64,000 bases of DNA from Podospora anserina (Eukaryota), in NCBI GenBank assembly GCA_017654855.1, contig CM030335.1, positions 2,976,001-3,040,000 of the forward strand, given 5' to 3'. The notes under the pieces are model-generated. The model made no database searches and was not told the DNA's origin. It saw only the letters and a list, made by a program, of their open reading frames with translations. Below, in pieces: positions 62,590 through 64,000 of this stretch. Numbering within the stretch: the first letter of the stretch is position 1; each line of letters starts with the position of its first letter. The position numbers were made by a program, and so were the translations under genes.

Positions 62590-64000
62590 TCACAAATCAA
62601 TCAAGCTCTCTTCCACTACTGGCTGCTTAGGCGCATGCTGAGGAGCGGCCGGGAAAGACTCTTGGTTGTAGCCCGGATACGTCTGACTGGGCTGATGTTG
62701 CCAAACAGGCGGAAGCGCAGTTTGCTGAGCAGCCGGATGCTGCCAGTATGGTTGCTGTGGTTGGGGCGGTGGAGCTTGATGTTGCTGCTGTGGCTGCGAT
62801 GGCTGAGCGGGAGCCGAGGCGGGAGTCTGTGGGAGTGAGGGCTGGTATGAAGAATGCATTGGCTGGGCCAAGTTGGGATACGGCGACGCTGCCGGATCAG
62901 GGGCAGAAGGAGCGGGCTGTTGCCCTTGTTGTTGTGGCTGCTGTGAATTGAAATAGAAGGAAGCATGTGGGTCGGCCGTAGGGGTGGTCCCAACAGAGTC
63001 TCCCGTGCTGGGTGCAGCGAGCTGAGCTTGAGGTGCCTGTTGCTGCGCAACCTCGGTGGGATAGCTAGGCTGCTGAGCATATTGTGACGGGGGCGCAGAC
63101 GGTGCTGCTGCCCAGCTTCCCGTCCTTTGCGGCACTTGCTGTGGGGCATATTGGCTATTGGGAGGTATTGCTACCGATTCTCGTCTGTCGTAGGGAGGAG
63201 CGTACTGGGTTGGAGGTTGAGGTGTTGGCTGTGGGTAAGAGGGATGGCCCACCGGCCTCCCGTACTCTTGCGGCTGTTGTTCGCCAGTATAAAAGTGCTC
63301 GGCTGGCCCAACCGAGGCTGAGACGCTCCCTGGAAGGGACGGGTATGGTCCCGCGGGCTGACGGGGTGGGGGAAGACTGTAGCCACCAATGCTGTGTTGG
63401 CTGTAGGTTTTGGATAGGCGCTCCTCAAGCATACGGTCGTAGTACCGCACCACGGTCGAAAGCTTGGCATGTAAGTCAAGCAGAGTGTCTTGTAGTGGGT
63501 TAGCAGGGGACACTTGGGATGGATCGGGATACTTGACATACCATGCTTGCTCATGGTTTCTCCATAAGTTCGGGCTAGCTTTGGCCGGAGTGTGCCGATG
63601 CTGTCGTACAGCTCCTGAATCTGTGGTTCTCGGAGAATGGTTCCCGGCGGTTGCGTCTGCAATCGGTCAACCAGCGTGGCAAACAAGTTGATATTCTCCG
63701 CCTCCACAGGCGTGAGCTCGTAGTCATTCTTGGGGAGCGCCAGCGGTGCTGTTGATGAAGACGCGCCGACATTTGTTGTTTGTTCTTTCAAGACTGCGGC
63801 GTGCCTCTTCTTTTGCTCCTCCATATCTGCCAACGAGGCGGCGATGGCTGCTTTGAGATCTTCATCATCATCCTCAAACGCCTTGGTCGCCGATACTTGC
63901 TCACCCGACTTTGGTTTGCTCGCTTGCGTTCCGTTGCTTGCCGGAGGAACATAGGCACGGTTGTGGTTCTGAACCTCCTCCAAACTCATGGCAAGGGCCT
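62590..64000 (-). CDS. VPS27: ESCRT-0 subunit Vps27, C-terminal part (5' end beyond the window); intron 63489-63541
   Basis: Two UIMs ([22 protein letters not shown]), GAT-like [13 protein letters not shown]...[14 protein letters not shown]-type region, Q/P-rich tail ending SLIDL (clathrin box). Confidence 0.92.

Noticed and set aside
1-64000. CRISPR arrays, rRNA genes, intact transposons, secondary-metabolite cluster
   Set aside because: No repeat-spacer array, rRNA-like sequence, transposase/RT ORF or PKS/NRPS seen.

Overview
Gene-dense eukaryotic (fungal) genomic DNA with short spliceosomal introns (GT...CTAAC/CTGAC...YAG). The style fits a Sordariales ascomycete such as Podospora, but that assignment is inference. 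The left two-thirds is mostly conserved housekeeping genes: creC (partial), GEM1/Miro, ABD1, RPN7, alanine aminotransferase, mitochondrial ribosomal bL33, a ~1500-aa coiled-coil protein, ENP2/NOL10, MED13, MEU1, an ataxin-10-like protein, a divergent cytosolic-type aspartyl-tRNA synthetase, a PNPOx-like/FNR oxidoreductase and NMNAT. From ~43 to 55 kb the content is more accessory: a 51-aa membrane microprotein absent from the ORF track, a GPI-type Cys/Thr-rich protein, TOK1, an alpha/beta-hydrolase-like protein and a Cys-rich type I membrane protein. The right end has an intron-containing tRNA-Glu(CTC), a KCH1/PRM6-like protein, a histidine phosphatase and VPS27 (partial). The most notable element is at ~46.4-49.2 kb: a tightly spaced head-to-head pair of disrupted genes, one encoding an N-terminal helical (SesA/HeLo-like) domain plus a retropepsin-type aspartic protease, the other a DUF6594-type multi-TM protein. 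I propose this is a relic of a two-gene protease/membrane-effector module. All family assignments come from motif recognition by eye; no database searches were run.
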